Assembly (NCBI GenBank): GCA_035457725.1
Contig: DATIBC010000044.1
Span: 84,067-148,066, forward strand
Source of the DNA: Alphaproteobacteria bacterium
GTDB lineage: Bacteria > Pseudomonadota > Alphaproteobacteria > CACIAM-22H2
Length of the DNA stretch: 64,000 bases
Reading direction: 5' to 3'
Shown here: positions 59,744-64,000 of the stretch, one piece after another
Layout: each line of letters starts with the position of its first letter
Numbering within the stretch: position 1 is the first letter of the stretch
Program-made: the position numbers and the translations under genes
Notes under the pieces: model-generated
The model's input: the letters and a program-made list of their open reading frames with translations, nothing else
What the model was told of the DNA's origin: nothing
The model's database searches: none

Positions 59744-60757
59744 ATGGTTCCAGTATTCATTCTGGGCATGTATCGATCAGGCACCAGCTGGCTGCTGCGC
59801 AGCCTATGCGCGCATCCGGCAATACGCGGCGTGCCTGAACTCGATCTCGTACGGCCGACATTGCGTGCCGACGCGACCGAGGCCCGGCACATCCGTCCAC
59901 GTTCGGAGTGGCTGCACCAGTTTTTCGCCGACAACCGCTGGGCCCGGCTCGACATCGTCTCGCTGCTCGATTCGCGGCTGCGGCCGATCGACAATCTTGA
60001 AGCGGGCATCACCGAGCTCGCCGAAGCCATGGGCCGCAGCTTCGCTCGCGACCCAAAACATCGCGCCCGGCTTTATGACATTCCCCTGGGGTTTCGTAGC
60101 CTCACCGTCGGCGAAGCGGCCGAACTCATACGCGCACTGCATGCTGCGCCCTCGCAGCCGGCCCTTGTGCGTACCTTCGTTTCGATGCATGCGCGGTATC
60201 TCGACGACCCCCCGTTCTTCGTCACCAAGACGCCCAACGGGCTCATCGGGCTCGATATCATTCGCCGAGCTTTCGCAACCGCCAAAATCCTCGTCATCGT
60301 GCGCGACGGGCGCGACGTGGCGCTGTCGGCGACGCATTTCCGTCGACTGAAGTCCCTCGATCATCTGCCATACGAGGAGTTGTTGCAGACTTGGGCGCAA
60401 GACGCGGCGGCCGTAGCCGCCGCCGCGCAGTCGGGGAAGCTCGGGGTTATCCGATACGAAGATCTGTCGCGCGACTTCATCGCGACATTCGCGCGAACAT
60501 TGGAGTGGCTGGGCGCCGACGCCGAGCCGTCGCTGCTGCGACGCATCGAGGCGGCGACCTCCTTCGAGGCGATGACCGGGCGGCCGCGCGGCCAGGCGGA
60601 TGACGTCAATGCGCGCAAGGGCGCAGCGCACGATTGGATCGACGCGCTTGGCGAAAACGAAAAGCAGCGCGCCTGGGAGATCGCCGGCTCGGCGCTCGAG
60701 CAGTTCGGCTACGGCCGGAGCGATACGCTCGAGGTTTCCTACCCCGGCAAGATCTAA
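59744..60757 (+). CDS. Sulfotransferase family protein
   Basis: 337 aa. 5'-PSB loop FILGMYRSGTSWL and 3'-PB motif VRDGRDVALS. It is preceded by a 107-bp AT-richer spacer. Confidence 0.7.
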   Translation: MVPVFILGMYRSGTSWLLRSLCAHPAIRGVPELDLVRPTLRADATEARHIRPRSEWLHQFFADNRWARLDIVSLLDSRLRPIDNLEAGITELAEAMGRSFARDPKHRARLYDIPLGFRSLTVGEAAELIRALHAAPSQPALVRTFVSMHARYLDDPPFFVTKTPNGLIGLDIIRRAFATAKILVIVRDGRDVALSATHFRRLKSLDHLPYEELLQTWAQDAAAVAAAAQSGKLGVIRYEDLSRDFIATFARTLEWLGADAEPSLLRRIEAATSFEAMTGRPRGQADDVNARKGAAHDWIDALGENEKQRAWEIAGSALEQFGYGRSDTLEVSYPGKI

Positions 60758-60853
60758 TCGGCGCCGATGCGGCCGCGCCCAACGTCGCTATAATCGCCGG
60801 GCAGCACGGCCCTACGCCGGAGTCGCCTTGGTTGCGCCGACACCTCTGAGACC

Positions 60854-61471
60854 ATGCCCGATCCGATAAGTTGGTCGTTCGTCTGGCCGTACTTTCTCGC
60901 CGCTTTCGCCGGTGCGTATCTCCTTGGCTCAATCCCGTTCGGCTTGGTCGTGACCCGCGCGGCTGGGCTCGGCGACATCCGCGCAATCGGCTCAGGAAAT
61001 ATCGGCGCCACGAACGTCCTGCGCACTGGACGCAAGTGGCTCGCCGCGCTGACGTTGGCCCTCGACGGGGCCAAAGGCGCCCTGGCCGTGCTGTTGGCCC
61101 AACAATGGGGCCCTGACATGGGCCTTATGGCGGGCTATGGCGCGCTGGTCGGCCACATGTTTCCGGTCTGGCTGCGCTTCAAGGGCGGCAAGGGCATGGC
61201 GACGGCGCTCGGGATTTGGCTGGTGATCGCCTTGCCGGTCGGCCTCGCGGCGTGCGCGACATGGCTCGTTGTCGCCGCCCTGTCCCGTTATTCCTCGCTC
61301 GCCTCCCTGCTCTCGCTCGCCGCCTCGCCGCTCTACGCCTGGTATATCAGCGGCGATTTGCAATTGGTGCAGTTCGGAATAATCGTCACCGCATTGGTCT
61401 GGACCCGGCACCACGCGAATCTGCGCCGGCTGTTGACGGGACAGGAGTCCCGCATCGGCCGCACGAAATGA
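60854..61471 (+). CDS. plsY: Glycerol-3-phosphate acyltransferase PlsY
   Basis: 205 aa. PlsY motifs GSGNIGATN and KGGKG. 5 TM helices. Confidence 0.9.
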   Translation: MPDPISWSFVWPYFLAAFAGAYLLGSIPFGLVVTRAAGLGDIRAIGSGNIGATNVLRTGRKWLAALTLALDGAKGALAVLLAQQWGPDMGLMAGYGALVGHMFPVWLRFKGGKGMATALGIWLVIALPVGLAACATWLVVAALSRYSSLASLLSLAASPLYAWYISGDLQLVQFGIIVTALVWTRHHANLRRLLTGQESRIGRTK

Positions 61472-61477
61472 TTTGCC

Positions 61478-62650
61478 ATGCCGTATGACGCAATCCTAGA
61501 TTGTCACTACGCTTCCCTGGCCGACGGAACTCGCATGCCGCCGCGCGCCCTCACCGACATCGAACGACGAGACTGGCTTCGCCTTATTCGCAGCGAGAAT
61601 GTCGGACCGATAACCTTCTTCCATTTATTGCGGCGGTTCGGATCGGCCGCGGCGGCCCTCGACGCGCTACCCGAATTGTCGCGCCGTGGCGGCCGCGCTC
61701 GCGCGCTGATCGTGCACCCAAAATCGAGAGCCGAAGACGAGATCGCCGAAACGTCGCGGCTAGGCGCACGGTTGGTCGCCCATGGCGAGCCCGAATATCC
61801 GCCGCCCCTCGCAGCCATCGAAGACGCGCCGCCGTTGATCACCGTCAAGGGCCACATCCATCTCGTCAGTCGCCCTGCGGTCGCGGTCGTCGGCGCTCGC
61901 AACGCTTCGGCCAACGGGGTTCGCTTCGCCCGGCAGCTCGCCGCCGAGCTCGGCGCGGCGGGGCTGGTCGTCGTCTCGGGGCTGGCGCGCGGCATCGACA
62001 CCGCAGCGCATGTCGGCGCGCTCGACAGCGGGACCATCGCTGCGCTCGCCGGGGGAATCGACGTCGTCTACCCGCCGGACAACGAGACGCTTCATACCGA
62101 GATCGGCGCCCGCGGCCTGCTGTTGACCGAGATGCCGCCCGGCACTGTCCCGACCGCCACCCATTTCCCGCGTCGTAATCGTCTCATTTCCGGCGCGGCG
62201 CTTGGCTTGGTCGTCGTCGAGGCGGCGCGTCGGTCGGGCTCTTTGATCACCGCCCGCCTTGCCTTGGAGCAAGGCCGCGAGGTATTCGCGGTCCCCGGTT
62301 CGCCGCTCGATCCTCGCGCGCAAGGCGCAAATCAACTGATCCGCTCGGGCGCCACATTGATCGAAACTGCCGAAGAAATCGTGCGCGCCCTCAAACCGCT
62401 CATCGATCGCCCGCTTGGCGAGCCGCGATCCGCTTGGGACGACCCGGGGGTAAGCCCACTTGCCGACGGCGCCGACATGCCGGCGACTAGGGAATTAATC
62501 CTCGAAAAACTATCGCCAACACCCACCCCGGTTGACGAAATCATTCGGCAGTGCCAATTGTCAGCAGCAACCGTGTTGACGGTACTGTTGGAACTGGAGC
62601 TGGCCGGCAGGCTGTTGAGGCACCCCGGAAACCAGGTTTCTCTCCAATAG
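61478..62650 (+). CDS. dprA: DNA-processing protein DprA (Smf)
   Basis: 390 aa with a Rossmann-like DprA core (VAVVGARNASANG...GLARGIDTAAH) and a C-terminal winged-helix domain. Confidence 0.85.
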   Translation: MPYDAILDCHYASLADGTRMPPRALTDIERRDWLRLIRSENVGPITFFHLLRRFGSAAAALDALPELSRRGGRARALIVHPKSRAEDEIAETSRLGARLVAHGEPEYPPPLAAIEDAPPLITVKGHIHLVSRPAVAVVGARNASANGVRFARQLAAELGAAGLVVVSGLARGIDTAAHVGALDSGTIAALAGGIDVVYPPDNETLHTEIGARGLLLTEMPPGTVPTATHFPRRNRLISGAALGLVVVEAARRSGSLITARLALEQGREVFAVPGSPLDPRAQGANQLIRSGATLIETAEEIVRALKPLIDRPLGEPRSAWDDPGVSPLADGADMPATRELILEKLSPTPTPVDEIIRQCQLSAATVLTVLLELELAGRLLRHPGNQVSLQ

Positions 62651-62706
62651 AAACAATACGTTAACCAGTTTACCGGACATTTCACCGCAGAGGGAATGCC
62701 TGGCTG

Positions 62707-64000
62707 ATGGACGTTGTCATCGTCGAGTCGCCGGCCAAGGCGAAGACTATCAATAAGTATCTCGGCCCGGGATACGCCGTGCTGCCGAGCTATGGGCACG
62801 TCCGCGATCTCAAGGAAAAAGACGGCGCCGTCGAACCTCAAAGCGGCTTCGCGATGCATTGGCAGGTCAGCGATCGGGCGAAGAAGGCCTTGTCCGAGAT
62901 CATCCGGGCGCTGAAAGGCGCCGACCGCCTGTACCTAGCCACCGACCCCGACCGCGAGGGCGAGGCGATCTCCTGGCACCTCAAGCAAGTTCTCGACGAG
63001 GCCAAGAAGCTTCGCGACATCGAGGTCAAGCGCGTGGTCTTCAATGAGATCACCAAGTCCGCTGTCCTCGAGGCGATGAAGAATCCGCGCGACCTCGATC
63101 GCGATTTGATCGAAGCCTATCTCGCGCGCCGCGCCCTCGATTATTTGGTCGGATTCACCTTGTCGCCGGTTCTGTGGCGCAAACTGCCCGGCAGCCGCTC
63201 GGCGGGACGGGTTCAGTCGGTGGCGCTGCGTCTGATCTGCGAGCGCGAGAAGGAGATCGAACGATTCCGGCCGCGCGAATATTGGACCGTCGACGCCGAA
63301 TTCCGCACCGCCGCCGGCGCGCCGTTCGTCGCTCGCCTCACCCATCTCGACGGGCGCAAGCTCGACCGTTTCGACCTCGCGGACGAAGCCTCCGCCGCGG
63401 CCGCCAAGTCGGCGATCGAGGCGGGCGATCCCTATGCCGTCGTAGCCGTCGAGAAGAAACGCGTTCGGCGCAATCCCTTGCCGCCGTTCACGACCTCGAC
63501 GTTGCAACAGGAAGCGTCGCGCAAGCTCGGCTTCAGCGCCACCCGCACCATGCGTGTCGCCCAGCAGCTTTACGAAGGCGTCGATATCGGCGGCGAGACC
63601 GTCGGGCTTATCACCTACATGCGCACCGATAGCGTGAACCTTTCGCAAGAGGCGATAAGGGCGGCGCGCGCACTGATCGCCGATCAATATGGCAAGGATT
63701 ACCTGCCCGACGCGCCGCGGGTGTACAAGAGTCCGGCGAAGAACGCGCAGGAAGCCCACGAGGCGATCCGGCCGACGGATTTCTCGAGGACCCCGACGAT
63801 GGTGCGCAAGCATCTCGATACCGACCAGGCCCGCCTCTACGAGATCATCTGGAAGCGGGCCATTGCCAGCCAGATGCAGCCCGCCGAGATCGAGCGGACG
63901 ACCGTCGAGATCGAGGCCGTGAACGGCGCGCGCCAGGCGAGCCTTCGGGCCGTCGGCTCGGTGGTCCGCTTCGACGGCTTTCTAGCCGCCTACACCGAGC
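62707..64000 (+). CDS. topA: DNA topoisomerase I, partial (3' end beyond window)
   Basis: ATG at 62707 (MDVVIVESPAKAKTI...). TOPRIM domain and the Tyr-containing active-site region. There is no stop before the window end, so the ORF track does not list it. Confidence 0.9.
   Translation, partial: MDVVIVESPAKAKTINKYLGPGYAVLPSYGHVRDLKEKDGAVEPQSGFAMHWQVSDRAKKALSEIIRALKGADRLYLATDPDREGEAISWHLKQVLDEAKKLRDIEVKRVVFNEITKSAVLEAMKNPRDLDRDLIEAYLARRALDYLVGFTLSPVLWRKLPGSRSAGRVQSVALRLICEREKEIERFRPREYWTVDAEFRTAAGAPFVARLTHLDGRKLDRFDLADEASAAAAKSAIEAGDPYAVVAVEKKRVRRNPLPPFTTSTLQQEASRKLGFSATRTMRVAQQLYEGVDIGGETVGLITYMRTDSVNLSQEAIRAARALIADQYGKDYLPDAPRVYKSPAKNAQEAHEAIRPTDFSRTPTMVRKHLDTDQARLYEIIWKRAIASQMQPAEIERTTVEIEAVNGARQASLRAVGSVVRFDGFLAAYTE

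Noticed and set aside
1-64000. CRISPR array, IS element or rRNA
   Set aside because: No short interspaced direct repeats, no transposase-like ORF or terminal inverted repeats, and no rRNA-like conserved stretches were seen.

Overview
This 64 kb window is high-GC (roughly 65%) and looks like alphaproteobacterial chromosome. The guess at lineage (Rhodospirillales/Rhizobiales-like) comes from synteny and codon bias. Most of it is densely packed, tightly coupled housekeeping genes. These include TRAP transporter dctQ/dctM (the latter running off the 5' edge), bioY, parC, a recO-era-rnc-lepB-acpS-pdxJ-spoT-rpoZ macro-cluster, folK, an NYN protein, a family-4 UDG, smpB, dapA and a soluble lytic transglycosylase. 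Further along are otsB-GH15-otsA, a five-gene Dpp-like peptide ABC importer, a TetR-HlyD-ABC-2 efflux operon, an SLC13 permease, tRNA-Ser(GCT), gatCAB, ruvX, pyrB-pyrC, plsY, dprA and topA (running off the 3' edge). Real genes were separated from the many long GC-driven shadow ORFs using conserved motifs, start/stop overlaps and codon third-position GC. Five stretches look accessory or unusual. (1) A tight seven-gene cluster at 17.7-24.2 kb encodes an HAD dehalogenase, an alpha/beta hydrolase, a PLP threonine-dehydratase-like enzyme, a DMT exporter and a ferredoxin-FNR reductase. It is followed convergently by a TetR regulator and a ferritin-like di-iron (EXXH x2) protein of unassignable family, and ends in an AT-rich promoter island. 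(2) A low-GC Doc toxin gene is translationally overlapped by an upstream small ORF that is not Phd/YefM-like. (3) A tRNA-Ser-adjacent islet holds a stand-alone RNA polymerase alpha-CTD-like protein plus orphan small proteins. (4) One glutathione S-transferase carries a roughly 58-residue Lys/Arg-rich N-terminal tail. (5) A sulfotransferase gene sits inside the otherwise conserved pyrBC-plsY-dprA-topA block. I found no CRISPR array, IS element, integrase or rRNA.
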